Assembly: GCA_037381445.1 (NCBI GenBank) | Contig: JARRQT010000035.1 | Span: forward strand, 1-23,836 | Length of the DNA stretch: 23,836 bases | Source: Calditrichia bacterium | GTDB taxonomy: Bacteria; Calditrichota; Calditrichia; RBG-13-44-9 | Reading direction: 5' to 3' | Shown: one piece after another, positions 1 through 9,359 of the stretch | Position numbering within the stretch: the stretch's first letter is position 1 | Layout of the letters: each line of letters opens with the position of its first letter | Program-made: the position numbers and the translations under genes | The notes under the pieces: model-generated | Told to the model about the DNA's origin: nothing | The model's input: the letters and a program-made list of their open reading frames with translations, nothing else | Databases searched by the model: none

Positions 1-45
1 TATTGGTTCGAATCTTTTCAAGTGGAATGAGAAGGAGATAATCAG

Positions 46-1371
46 ATGAGATATCGTTTCTTTTTGTTTTTACTTATGCTTTTTACGGTCACCGATTTAT
101 TACCAGCCAAAGAGTATGATTTAGCCGCCATCCTCAAACTGGCCGAACAGAATAATAAAGATTTAAAATTGGCCGGTTCCGATTTGGAATTCGCTTCAGC
201 GCAGTTGAAGGAAGCAATTTCCACTGCCCTGCCCCGTATAAATGTTGACCTTGGGTATAACCGTAATTTTTTGGAAAGCAAATTTTATTTTACCGTCACA
301 GATTCCGCCGGTAAACAACGGACGGAAAGCTTTAAGGCTTCCTTCACGAATGAATATCAGCTTAATGCGGTTTTGAATCAGACTCTGTTCGGATTTGGAA
401 AAGTTGGCAATGCCATCAGGGCTGCAAATTATTTCAAAAAATTCACCAACTTCCAGTATAATGGCCAATGGCAGTATGTGATAACGGAAGTCAAAAAAGC
501 GTTCTTTCAGGTGCTTCTGCTGAAAAAGGTGTGGGATGTAAGCAGGCAATCTGAGTTGAGCGCGCTGGACAACTATGAGAACATTAAATTAAAATATGAT
601 AGCGGCGTTGTTTCGGAATTTGAGCTGTTGCAAGCTGAATCCCGCTGGCAGAATGCCATTCCAGAAGCAATGAAAGCCAGGAAAAATTACGAATTGTCCA
701 TCAATTATCTGAAAGCGCTGGTCGATATTCCCCTGCGTGAGGAGATCACGCTGATCGGTGATCTGGAAACCTACCCCATTGTCCCCGATTCCTTAACCTA
801 TGATCAGATTTTCGAGCAGCGTCCTGATTATAATGCCCTTATGTGGGAGAAGAAACTGCAGGAGCGGCGTGTGGCCTATGAATTTTCCAATTACCTCCCC
901 ACGCTGCAGGGCAACTTAATTTATACCTATGGTGCCAGGTCTGACCAATTTCGGCTGGAAAACAAAAATGACAATATCATACTGGGTATTACGTTAAACA
1001 TCCCGGTATTTACCGGATTTTATACCAGTGCACAGGTTCAGAAAGCCCGGATAGATGTTGAACGGGTCAAGACCCGCATTTCCAAGGCGAACGATGACAT
1101 CCGGATTGAAATACAGAATATCCGCCTGCGTCTGCAGGAATCCAGCGAGCGCATTGCCGCCAATAAAAAAAGCGTGGAGACGGCGCGGCGGGCTTTTGAA
1201 ATCGCGGAGAGCCGGGTCGAGCACGGACTGGCCACCCAGCTGGAATTGAAAGACAGCCGGGTATTCCTGGATCAGGCGCAGCTCAATTATTACTCTGCGA
1301 TCTATGACTATCTGGATGCACTCTTCGACTGGCAGAGAGCAACCGGTCAGGTGACTGTGGCAGGAATTTGA
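46..1371 (+). CDS. TolC-family outer membrane efflux protein (OEP)
   Basis: 441 aa ORF with an N-terminal signal peptide and AAGGAG RBS upstream. It has two OEP-type repeats (ALPRINV...YDSGVVSEFELLQAE and YLPTLQG...VEHGLATQLELKDSR) and is the first gene of an OMF-MFP-RND triad. Confidence 0.93.
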   Translation: MRYRFFLFLLMLFTVTDLLPAKEYDLAAILKLAEQNNKDLKLAGSDLEFASAQLKEAISTALPRINVDLGYNRNFLESKFYFTVTDSAGKQRTESFKASFTNEYQLNAVLNQTLFGFGKVGNAIRAANYFKKFTNFQYNGQWQYVITEVKKAFFQVLLLKKVWDVSRQSELSALDNYENIKLKYDSGVVSEFELLQAESRWQNAIPEAMKARKNYELSINYLKALVDIPLREEITLIGDLETYPIVPDSLTYDQIFEQRPDYNALMWEKKLQERRVAYEFSNYLPTLQGNLIYTYGARSDQFRLENKNDNIILGITLNIPVFTGFYTSAQVQKARIDVERVKTRISKANDDIRIEIQNIRLRLQESSERIAANKKSVETARRAFEIAESRVEHGLATQLELKDSRVFLDQAQLNYYSAIYDYLDALFDWQRATGQVTVAGI

Positions 1372-1440
1372 TCAACAGGAGATCTGACAATTCTTGTTCA
1401 AAATATTATTGGATAAAAAACTTATACTTTCGGAGGTTTT

Positions 1441-2478
1441 ATGTATAAAATAATTATAATCATTTTCATTTTCATGACCGGCTCTCTCCTGGTTCAATGC
1501 TCCGGGGACAGTTCAGCCGAACAACAAACTCCTTCGTTTAGCGGAACGCCCATCAGGACCATTGTTCTGGAACCACGCCCCTTTTCCGAATACCTGCAGC
1601 TTACCGGCACAGTGGAAGCCAGAAACCGCATCAAAATCATTGTGGAGGAAGGCGGCACGCTGCAAAAAATAATCAAGGATAAGGGAAATATGGCGCGGAC
1701 CTCAGACACTTTGGCGATTCTGGAAAATCGAATTCTGAAAGCGGGCTATGATGAGGCACGGGCCGCACTGCATCAGGCGCAACTGGACTTCGACAGCAAG
1801 AAGGTCCTTCATGACAAACGCGCTATTTCGGAAAATGAATTTCTGGTTTCCAAATTTGGACTGGAAAGAGCTGAGGCCGCATATCAGCTCGCCAATGCCA
1901 GATATTCCAAGCTCTTTATCGCTGCCCCCCTCAACGGATACGTGAATGATCGCATGTATGACAGAGGATCATATGTTATGCCCATGACCCCTATTTTCGA
2001 TTTTATCGATAATGCCGTAATGAAAATCAAAGCCGGCATTGCGGAACGTTTTTTGAGCGATATTCAAATAGGAACGCCCGCCGAAATCACATTTGATGCC
2101 TTCCCCGAAATGCAGCTCACAAGCACCGTCTCATTCCTCAATCGCAGCATCGACCCGCAAAGCCGCACGTTTCAGATAGAAATTGAAATTCCCAATCCGG
2201 ACAGGAAACTGGCGCCGCAGATGATCGCCAATATAAAATTGCTCAGACGGTCGTATAAAGACCAGATTGTCATCCCCCTCGATGCAATTATTGAATCGGA
2301 GACGGGGCGTTATGTTTTTGTGAACAATAATAATCTCGCCGAGAAAGTTCCGGTTGAACTGCTGGCTGTTTACGGAGACAGTGTTTTGGTAACGGGGCTG
2401 GAATCTGAACGGGAACTGGTGGTTGTGGGACAGCAGGAATTGACAGAGGGCGATTCTCTCTTGGTTAAAAATAATTGA
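1441..2478 (+). CDS. RND efflux periplasmic adaptor subunit (MFP), probable lipoprotein
   Basis: 345 aa with a GGAGG RBS and lipobox-like LLVQC. Lipoyl half-motifs (GGTLQKIIKDKG, IAAPLNGYV) flank an alpha-hairpin, and IDPQSRTF and VIPLDAI are typical MFP motifs. Confidence 0.93.
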   Translation: MYKIIIIIFIFMTGSLLVQCSGDSSAEQQTPSFSGTPIRTIVLEPRPFSEYLQLTGTVEARNRIKIIVEEGGTLQKIIKDKGNMARTSDTLAILENRILKAGYDEARAALHQAQLDFDSKKVLHDKRAISENEFLVSKFGLERAEAAYQLANARYSKLFIAAPLNGYVNDRMYDRGSYVMPMTPIFDFIDNAVMKIKAGIAERFLSDIQIGTPAEITFDAFPEMQLTSTVSFLNRSIDPQSRTFQIEIEIPNPDRKLAPQMIANIKLLRRSYKDQIVIPLDAIIESETGRYVFVNNNNLAEKVPVELLAVYGDSVLVTGLESERELVVVGQQELTEGDSLLVKNN

Positions 2479-2582
2479 AACTGAAAGAAGGCGCATTCCA
2501 GAAACGTTTTTTTAATAGTTTTGACTGGCTGGATCAATTTCCGAAGTGATATTCAAACATCATTAATTGAATTGAGGGTGCC

Positions 2583-5500
2583 ATGAAAATAAGTGATTGG
2601 TCGCTTTACCATAAAGCAAGTGTTTTTGTTTTGCTGGTCATCGTAATCATCGCAGGATTGGTCTCATACCGCAATCTTCCCGTAGAATCCTTCCCGCAGA
2701 TTAAACAGCCGGTGGTAATTGTGGCTGTTCCGTATATCGGGGTCTCCCCTTCCGACATGGAAACGTTGGTGGCTCAGCCGATTGAGAATAAACTAAAAGA
2801 AATTTCCAAGATCAAGAAAATGACCTCACTGAGTTCTGAAGGCTACACAAATGTCACGGTGGAATTCGAATCGGATATGGATATTGATGAAGCAGTCCGG
2901 AAGGTGCGCGAGAAAGTTGACCAGGCAAAACCTGATTTGCCGGATGATGTGGAAGAGCCATTTGTGCAGGAAATCAATTTCGAGAATATCCCCATCATGC
3001 TGGTCAGCATTGTGGGGCAGCATTCCCTGGTCCGACTCAAGAAAATTGCGGAGGATTTGCAGGATGAATTTGAGCAGGTTCCCGGTGTGCTGGATGTGAA
3101 AATATCCGGAGGACTGGAGAGGGAGGTCAAGGTCAACCTGAATCCTGCGCGCCTGAGATATTATAATCTGGGGACGAGTGATGTCATTTCGGCCATCCAG
3201 CAGGAAAATACCACCATACCGGGCGGCGCGGTGGAAAGCGGTAACTTGAAATATACGGTCCGCGTTCCCGGTGAATTTGATAATATTGAAGAGCTGAAAA
3301 ATGTGGTCGTTAAAACCATCAATGGCTATCCCATTTATGTGCACGACCTGGCGGATGTTCAGTTTGGCTACAAGGAGCAGACCAGTTACTCGCGACTCGA
3401 CAAACAGTCCAGCGTCACGCTTTCGATCCAAAAAAGAAGCGGCGAAAATATCATCCGGATTTCAGATGATATTAAAAATATTCTTGAGAAGGAGAAAGCA
3501 AAATTCCCTGCCAGGACAGACTACATCATTTTAGGGGATCAGTCGAAGGAAATCCGTTCCATGGTGAACGATCTGGAAAACAACATCATCGCAGGACTGC
3601 TGCTGGTGATTGCGGTTCTGTACTTTTTCATGGGCGCCCGCAACGGTTTTTTGGTGGGTATCGCCATTCCCCTCTCCATGCTGCTCTCCTTCATCGTACT
3701 CAGTTTTATGGGCTACACGCTCAATATGATTGTTCTGTTTAGCCTTATCCTTGCGCTGGGAATGCTGGTGGATAATGCAATTGTCATTATCGAGAACATA
3801 TACCGTCATCACGAGGAAGGCAAACCACTGTTCCAGGCAGCAAAAGAAGCCTCCGGCGAAGTGGGAATTGCTGTAGCCACCTCGACTTTGACAACCCTGT
3901 TCGCCTTTTCTCCGCTGGTCCTGTGGCCGGGAATTGTCGGGGAATTTATGAAATACCTGCCCATCACGCTTATTATCACGCTGACCGCTTCTCTTTTCGT
4001 GGCTTTTGTGTTCAATCCGGTAATTGCATCCTCATTTCTGCGGCTGGATGAAAAAATGAGCCGCCTGCCGGGAGACCGGCTACTGCGCTACCTTATTGTC
4101 CATTATGAATCATCACTGAGATGGGCCATCAGCCACCGCAAGATCACCCTTGCGCTCACTTTTGCAGGATATATTGGTATGTTCATCTTCTATGGTATGT
4201 TTAATCATGGTGTGGAATTTTTCCCGGATATGGAACCCAGCCAGGCATGGATCAAAATAGAGGCGCCGGTGGGAACCCGCCTGGAATCTTCGGACGACAT
4301 TGTGAAGGAGATCGAGAAGCGGATTGAAAACACACCGGATATGGAACACTTTGTTACTGAAGTGGGAAATGTCTCTACTGATTTCGATTTCGGCATGGGG
4401 GGCGGCGTTCCGAACAAATCACAGGTAACACTCGATTTTCTGGAACGTCCCGACCGTTCACAAAATTCTCTGAAAACCCTGGAAGAGGTAAAAAATAACG
4501 TCCAGGGAATTGCCGGCGCCCGGGTGGATGTTTCCAAGCCTCAGTCCGGTCCGCCAACCGGAAGTGCGGTGGAAATTCAGGTCAAAGGAGAGGATTTCGG
4601 TGTTCTGGAAAATCTTTCCAATCAAATTCAGAGAAGAATAAAAGATGTTCCCGGACTGACGGAACTGCGTGATAATTATGAAAAAGGCAGACCTGAACTG
4701 CGCATCAGAATCGATCGCGAGAAAGCGGCGCTGCTGGGATTGAACACTGCGCAGATTGCCGGCACCATCCGGACAGCCGTTAACGGAACCGCGGCATCGG
4801 AATACAGGGTTGGGCAGGACGAATACGATATCACCGTCAGATTCAGTCAGGATTTCCGCCGAAGCTACACCGATCTTCTGAACCTGACAATCTTTCATGA
4901 AGGTAAACACATTCCGCTGGCCAATATCGCAACCGTGGATTTTTCCTCCGGGCTCAGCAGCATCAATCATGTGGATGGTGATCGTGTGGTTATCATCACT
5001 GCCGACGCCTTCGGCAGGAGTTCCGCAGAGGTACTGGCGGATGTAAAACAGCGGCTTGCCGGTTTTCAGACGCCGGAAGGCTATTCCCTCCTGTATGCCG
5101 GGCAGGATACGGAACAACAAGCCGCTTCCGACTTCCTGAGCAGGGCATTTATGATTGCATTGCTGCTCATCTTTTTTGTGCTGGTAACCCAGTTCAATTC
5201 CGTTACCCTCCCCTTTGTGATAATGATCTCCGTGCTGCTCTCCTTTTTTGGGGTATTCTTCGGACTGCTGGTGACCTTCAGACCCTTCGGCATCATCATG
5301 ACCGGGATCGGCATCATTTCGCTGGCCGGCGTAGTGGTGAACAATGCCATCGTGCTCATCGATTACATTCAGCAGCTCCGCAAGCAGGGAATGGATAAAC
5401 TGGAAGCAATTATTCAGGGAGGGAAAACCCGCCTCCGTCCGGTCGTTTTAACGGCGGTGACGACTATCTTAGGTCTGATTCCGCTCACCACCGGTATCAA

Positions 5501-5744
5501 TATCGATTTTATCGGTTTATTCAAAGGCAACCTGTCGAATTTCATTGAATTTGGCGCAGAAAGCTCACAGTGGTGGAGCAATATGGGCGTAGCAGTTATC
5601 TTCGGGCTGCTGTTTTCCACGGCCTTGACGCTGATTATCGTTCCGGTCCTGTATTATATGCTGAGCGATGTCGTCGCTGTGACGTTGGAAAAACTCGGCT
5701 GGCAGAAAGGCGATCAAATCTCGGAAGCTGTGGAAGAAGCCTGA
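2583..5744 (+). CDS. RND efflux transporter permease subunit (AcrB/AcrD/AcrF family)
   Basis: 1053 aa with RND layout (TM1, large loop, TM cluster, repeated). Motifs: LPVESFP, GMLVDNAIV (TM4), GVVVNNAIVLID (TM10), RLRPVVLT (TM11). Confidence 0.96.
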   Translation: MKISDWSLYHKASVFVLLVIVIIAGLVSYRNLPVESFPQIKQPVVIVAVPYIGVSPSDMETLVAQPIENKLKEISKIKKMTSLSSEGYTNVTVEFESDMDIDEAVRKVREKVDQAKPDLPDDVEEPFVQEINFENIPIMLVSIVGQHSLVRLKKIAEDLQDEFEQVPGVLDVKISGGLEREVKVNLNPARLRYYNLGTSDVISAIQQENTTIPGGAVESGNLKYTVRVPGEFDNIEELKNVVVKTINGYPIYVHDLADVQFGYKEQTSYSRLDKQSSVTLSIQKRSGENIIRISDDIKNILEKEKAKFPARTDYIILGDQSKEIRSMVNDLENNIIAGLLLVIAVLYFFMGARNGFLVGIAIPLSMLLSFIVLSFMGYTLNMIVLFSLILALGMLVDNAIVIIENIYRHHEEGKPLFQAAKEASGEVGIAVATSTLTTLFAFSPLVLWPGIVGEFMKYLPITLIITLTASLFVAFVFNPVIASSFLRLDEKMSRLPGDRLLRYLIVHYESSLRWAISHRKITLALTFAGYIGMFIFYGMFNHGVEFFPDMEPSQAWIKIEAPVGTRLESSDDIVKEIEKRIENTPDMEHFVTEVGNVSTDFDFGMGGGVPNKSQVTLDFLERPDRSQNSLKTLEEVKNNVQGIAGARVDVSKPQSGPPTGSAVEIQVKGEDFGVLENLSNQIQRRIKDVPGLTELRDNYEKGRPELRIRIDREKAALLGLNTAQIAGTIRTAVNGTAASEYRVGQDEYDITVRFSQDFRRSYTDLLNLTIFHEGKHIPLANIATVDFSSGLSSINHVDGDRVVIITADAFGRSSAEVLADVKQRLAGFQTPEGYSLLYAGQDTEQQAASDFLSRAFMIALLLIFFVLVTQFNSVTLPFVIMISVLLSFFGVFFGLLVTFRPFGIIMTGIGIISLAGVVVNNAIVLIDYIQQLRKQGMDKLEAIIQGGKTRLRPVVLTAVTTILGLIPLTTGINIDFIGLFKGNLSNFIEFGAESSQWWSNMGVAVIFGLLFSTALTLIIVPVLYYMLSDVVAVTLEKLGWQKGDQISEAVEEA

Positions 5745-5794
5745 TTTATTTAAGAGGGATGGAGACTATCTCTGAACATATTTCGGAATTAACA

Positions 5795-5825
5795 GAGGAG
5801 ACCTTTTGCGTTAGAAGGTCTCTTC
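5795..5825. terminator. Hairpin between the convergent RND permease and alsT genes; probable (bidirectional) intrinsic terminator
   Basis: GAGGAGACCTTTT-gcgtt-AGAAGGTCTCTTC forms a 13-bp stem with two G-U pairs on the + strand. It sits between two converging stop codons, but the U-tracts are weak. Confidence 0.6.
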
Positions 5826-5840
5826 TTCATTCCATAAGAA

Positions 5841-7196
5841 TTAATATTTTCCATCAAAATAGCTTTTGGTTTCGCTGACGATAACCGGCGTCAGGGCCAG
5901 CAGACCAACCAGGTTGGGGAATGCCATCAAGCCGTTGAAGACATCGGCCAGCGCCCATACCAGATCCAGTTTCAGAATGGCCCCAACCCCCACGAATATC
6001 ACAAAAATAGCCCGGTATGGCCTGACCGCGGCTTCTCCCAAAAGATATTCTATGGATTTCTCCCCGTAATAACTCCAGCCTAAAATTGTTGAATAGGCAA
6101 ACAAAATCAGGCCTACGGCCACGATAATATTGCCCCACTGACCCGGCAGGCCATGGGAAAAAGCGAAGGATGTCAGCTCGGCGCCGTTTTTTCCGCTGTC
6201 CCAGGTGCCGGTGAGAATCAGCACCAGCCCGGTCATCGAGCACACAATGATGGTATCGATGAAGGTCTGAGTCATGGAAACCAGCGCCTGGGTCACGGGA
6301 TGTTTTGTCACCGCTGCAGCCGCAGCAATCGGCGCACTTCCCAAACCGGATTCATTGGAAAACACGCCGCGGGCCACCCCCATTCGAATGGTCAGCATCA
6401 CCGTTGCTCCCAGAAATCCGCCGGTAGCGGCGGTGGGTGTAAAGGCCTCTTTAAATATCAATTCAAATGCCTCAGGCAGCAGATTTATTTTAAGAATGAT
6501 GATAAGCAAAGCGCCCGCCATGTAAAAAACAATCATCACCGGAACCAGTATCCCCGTTACCCGCCCGATGCTTTTAATTCCTCCCAGAATCACCAGACCG
6601 GTGGCGACCATCAAAACCAGGCCCGTGACGTAGAGGGGAATATGAAAAGTCGCCTGCACCGCATCGGCAACGGAATTGGACTGCACCATATTCCCGATTC
6701 CGAATGCCGCCACAGAAGCAAAAATTGCGAAAAGCGCTCCCATCCACCGCCAGCCCAATCCGTTGGAAATATAGTACATGGGACCACCACTCATGGTCCC
6801 GTATTTGTCCTTGATCCGGAATTTTACGGCGAGGACGGCTTCGGCATATTTTGTGGCCATTCCCACCAGACCGGTAATCCACATCCAGAACAGGGCTCCC
6901 GGCCCTCCGGCAGCGATGGCAGTCGCTACGCCGGCAATGTTTCCCGTACCCACCGTGGCCGATAAAGCGGTCATCAGCGCCTGGAAATGGGAGATGTCAC
7001 CGGGCTCATCCCCTTCCTCCTTGCGCTTGATCAGGGCCAGATACAGGGCATGAAATAACTTTCTGAACTGCAGCCCGCGAAGAATGATCGTGATCAATAA
7101 ACCGGTTCCCACCAGCAAAATCATCAACGGCAGCCCCCATATCCAGGCACTCAATTCTTTCACCAGGATTTCAAAGGATTTTAGAAAACCATCCAT
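5841..7196 (-). CDS. alsT: Sodium:alanine/glycine symporter (AGCS family, AlsT/AgcS)
   Basis: 451 aa polytopic membrane protein carrying the AGCS signatures [43 protein letters not shown] and NGLMAFPNL. Confidence 0.95.
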   Translation of the reverse strand: MDGFLKSFEILVKELSAWIWGLPLMILLVGTGLLITIILRGLQFRKLFHALYLALIKRKEEGDEPGDISHFQALMTALSATVGTGNIAGVATAIAAGGPGALFWMWITGLVGMATKYAEAVLAVKFRIKDKYGTMSGGPMYYISNGLGWRWMGALFAIFASVAAFGIGNMVQSNSVADAVQATFHIPLYVTGLVLMVATGLVILGGIKSIGRVTGILVPVMIVFYMAGALLIIILKINLLPEAFELIFKEAFTPTAATGGFLGATVMLTIRMGVARGVFSNESGLGSAPIAAAAAVTKHPVTQALVSMTQTFIDTIIVCSMTGLVLILTGTWDSGKNGAELTSFAFSHGLPGQWGNIIVAVGLILFAYSTILGWSYYGEKSIEYLLGEAAVRPYRAIFVIFVGVGAILKLDLVWALADVFNGLMAFPNLVGLLALTPVIVSETKSYFDGKY

Positions 7197-7248
7197 GTTG
7201 TCCCTTCGCTGTTTTGTGTTTGGAATTTCGGTTCTTTATCGGGAATGC

Positions 7249-7264
7249 GTATTGAAATCAATAC
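7249..7264. promoter_or_regulatory. Inverted repeat upstream of alsT; candidate operator
   Basis: Perfect 7-2-7 palindrome GTATTGA-aa-TCAATAC about 53 bp upstream of the alsT start. It overlaps a TTGATT hexamer on the - strand. Confidence 0.35.
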
Positions 7265-7323
7265 TTTAGAGGATTGATTATTAAAACGCAGGCATAAAAT
7301 TTTATTTGATATTTCACAAAATA

Positions 7324-8163
7324 TCAAAAGCTTTTGGAGAAGCGTTCCACTTCCGCCAGAACCGCTCCTGCCACACATTTGTGCCAGAATCCGAAATGCG
7401 CGTAACCTTCATTTGGCGGACCTTCGTAAATCAATGCCAGGGGCTGCCTCGCTGACACCAGGCGGCCGCTGTGGAAAATTCCCCATAACTGCCCGGTATA
7501 GGGCGAACGGATTTCAATCCCCTCCACACTGCCCAGGCTGTCATGATGCTGTATCTGCTGTCCGATATCGCGGGAAGAGACAAACAGGCCGTCCAGGGGA
7601 GAAAGCACTTCATTGAACGGCTTTTTGAAGAGGTGAATGTCAAAATCCGGTCCGAACTGCGGTTTTGATAGATAGACATCGCCGGTCCGGTAGCTAAGAC
7701 CGGCATCGACCGCCACATGGCAATCGGTTCCTGCAATATGGTTAGGATGAAGTCCGATGACGAAATCTGCGCTTTCCAGAGAAATTCCACTCCCGGCTCC
7801 CGGCAGTGTCCTGATGAAAACGGCAGGCTGCAAAATTTCGAGAAAAGAAGGCAGCTCGCCGGTCAAAAAAATCGGAATATCCCTGTTTTGAATATGAAAT
7901 GAAACGGCCTCCCGCCAGCGGGCATCAAAATTCCTGGAAGGGGCTCTATCTAAATCCTCTTCCGTTATCAATAACCCCCGGATATCATCAATCTGCTTCC
8001 GGCCGGTGAATGCGGCTTCCGCAAAGCAAATAGAACGCCGCAGATACAATTCCTGCGGCTCTAAAGCTATCGCTACCGGAATAAATGATTTCCTCAAATA
8101 ATATGCGATTGCAGAACCAAGCTCCCCTCCACCCAGAACCAATGCCGGAGCCTTTTTACTCAT
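7324..8163 (-). CDS. yqeB: Divergent YqeB-like protein (EF2563 family, selenium-dependent molybdenum hydroxylase system)
   Basis: 279 aa, collinear with YqeB as I recall the family: N-terminal VLGGGELGSAIA, LRRSICFAEA, VIGLHPNHIAGTDCHVAV, a biotinyl/lipoyl-like C-terminal domain (SPLDG...IG...SPYTGQLWG) and terminal VAGAVL. Several conserved motifs are missing. The start overlaps the upstream stop (ATGA). Confidence 0.75.
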   Translation of the reverse strand: MSKKAPALVLGGGELGSAIAYYLRKSFIPVAIALEPQELYLRRSICFAEAAFTGRKQIDDIRGLLITEEDLDRAPSRNFDARWREAVSFHIQNRDIPIFLTGELPSFLEILQPAVFIRTLPGAGSGISLESADFVIGLHPNHIAGTDCHVAVDAGLSYRTGDVYLSKPQFGPDFDIHLFKKPFNEVLSPLDGLFVSSRDIGQQIQHHDSLGSVEGIEIRSPYTGQLWGIFHSGRLVSARQPLALIYEGPPNEGYAHFGFWHKCVAGAVLAEVERFSKSF

Positions 8164-8918
8164 CTAACAGATACCTTTTTTATCAGATTATTTCTTAAAT
8201 TGGCAAAATATATGTTTTCAATTTTGTGTAAAAAAAGGTCGCGTGCCAGATTAATGGACCGGTTTTCCAGAAGCGGATTGTTCACGTCCGTGAAAACCAG
8301 TATCCCCGGCCACTGCTGCGTGAAAAGCGATAATGCGCCCTGCTCAGCGTCAATCAAATACCGGACGATGAGCCGCTGATCAAAAACGCGGGAGGATGCG
8401 AAATCAGGGAAACTTTTCAGGAACTCTTCCGGATTTTCCGCAACTTCTCGGTCCAGTTCCCGGTCAATATAATCGATCTGAAAACAGTATATCAACTGAT
8501 CCAAAAAATCCATTTTGGCAAGTCTGGCGATGTGTTTGTGGGAAAATACACTCACTTTTTCCGGCGAGCCCACCACCAGCAGCAGGTAATCGACCTTCCC
8601 CAAATTGATGATTTTTGAAGCAATTTGAGCCGTTATGCCGGAGACGAAATGATCTTTGACGCCCCGACCGGCATAGACGACAGGAGTTTTTTCCAGTTCT
8701 TTTTCAATTTTTTGAAGAAGCTCTTCATCGTTTTCACTGTACACAATCTGGCCCGAGGTGGGCAGCAAATCCTTTCCCAATTGGCCAATAACAACTTTTT
8801 TGCCGCTTCGGCCAAATTCTTCAGCGAATTCATTCACAAGGTAATTGCGTCCTTTTCCTCCGGTAAATCCGATAATCTTTGCCTGAGGATTTAATAACAG
8901 TTGTTGCGTAATCGACAT
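8160..8918 (-). CDS. Divergent YqeC-like protein (degenerate P-loop; selenium/molybdenum hydroxylase accessory family)
   Basis: 252 aa. IIGFTGGKGRNYLVNEFAEEFGRSGKKVVI aligns by eye with the YqeC N-terminus (VGAGGKTT...LAxEL...GKKVLVTTTT), and VDYLLLVVGS sits where D.xLVEADG normally lies. Adjacency to the YqeB-like gene supports the call. Confidence 0.6.
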   Translation of the reverse strand: MSITQQLLLNPQAKIIGFTGGKGRNYLVNEFAEEFGRSGKKVVIGQLGKDLLPTSGQIVYSENDEELLQKIEKELEKTPVVYAGRGVKDHFVSGITAQIASKIINLGKVDYLLLVVGSPEKVSVFSHKHIARLAKMDFLDQLIYCFQIDYIDRELDREVAENPEEFLKSFPDFASSRVFDQRLIVRYLIDAEQGALSLFTQQWPGILVFTDVNNPLLENRSINLARDLFLHKIENIYFANLRNNLIKKVSVR

Positions 8919-8922
8919 CTCC

Positions 8923-9348
8923 CTAACCTATACTTTCCGGAACAATTTTGAATCCCATTTTGCTGTAAGCCATATTAGAAGTCATGATAAAACGAATATT
9001 TCGGCGGTTCATCAGCACCACATTTGCGCAGTCGAACAGCGTTAACTGAGAATCGGGGAATTTTTTAAAAAGCTTGATAGCATCCCGCTGGGTACGACGG
9101 CCGATCCATAAAATGTGCAGATGGGCCCCGGACCAGGCCTCCTCAATAATATCATAAAAGCGGTTGGCGCGGACTGCCCCATGCTTCAGTTTCAGCCGGG
9201 AAATCACATTTCCCACGATAATATTGGTTGTATAAAATCCGTGTCCGTCATCCAAAAAACTCTGCATCTGCTCCTTCATTATTTGGTGCAGCGGATCATC
9301 ACTGCCCGCTATGGCATACCATGCGACTTCATCAACGAAAATTTTCAT
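8923..9348 (-). CDS. vapC: PIN-domain protein, VapC-like (COG2402 type), with partly degenerate active site
   Basis: 141 aa with IFVD..AWYA....DDPLH, YTTN, LTLFDC and terminal MGF matching COG2402 PIN proteins. It has a GGAG RBS and lies 11 bp downstream of an AbrB-type gene. Confidence 0.85.
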   Translation of the reverse strand: MKIFVDEVAWYAIAGSDDPLHQIMKEQMQSFLDDGHGFYTTNIIVGNVISRLKLKHGAVRANRFYDIIEEAWSGAHLHILWIGRRTQRDAIKLFKKFPDSQLTLFDCANVVLMNRRNIRFIMTSNMAYSKMGFKIVPESIG

Positions 9349-9359
9349 CTTCTGCTCTC

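Noticed and set aside
3760..5360. RND proton-relay motifs read VDNAIV and VNNAIV instead of AcrB-type VDDAIV and AKNAIL
   Set aside because: These variants are common in a widespread RND subgroup and do not indicate inactivation or novelty.
6153..6965. 270 aa + strand ORF antisense to alsT (and similar long antisense ORFs at 2826-3431, 4458-5120, 12615-13220, 14627-15319, 19119-19673)
   Set aside because: Each lies wholly opposite a well-supported conserved gene and has no recognisable motifs. Such ORFs are the expected shadow of codon bias.
7197..7323. Glycine riboswitch upstream of alsT
   Set aside because: The spacer is short and AT-rich and lacks the GGAGA...CCGAAG...CTCTCAGG aptamer core.
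7324..8918. Selenocysteine recoding in or near the YqeB/YqeC-like genes
   Set aside because: There is no in-frame internal TGA. The terminal TGAs fall at the expected family lengths, one forming an ATGA overlap, and no SECIS-like hairpin is evident.
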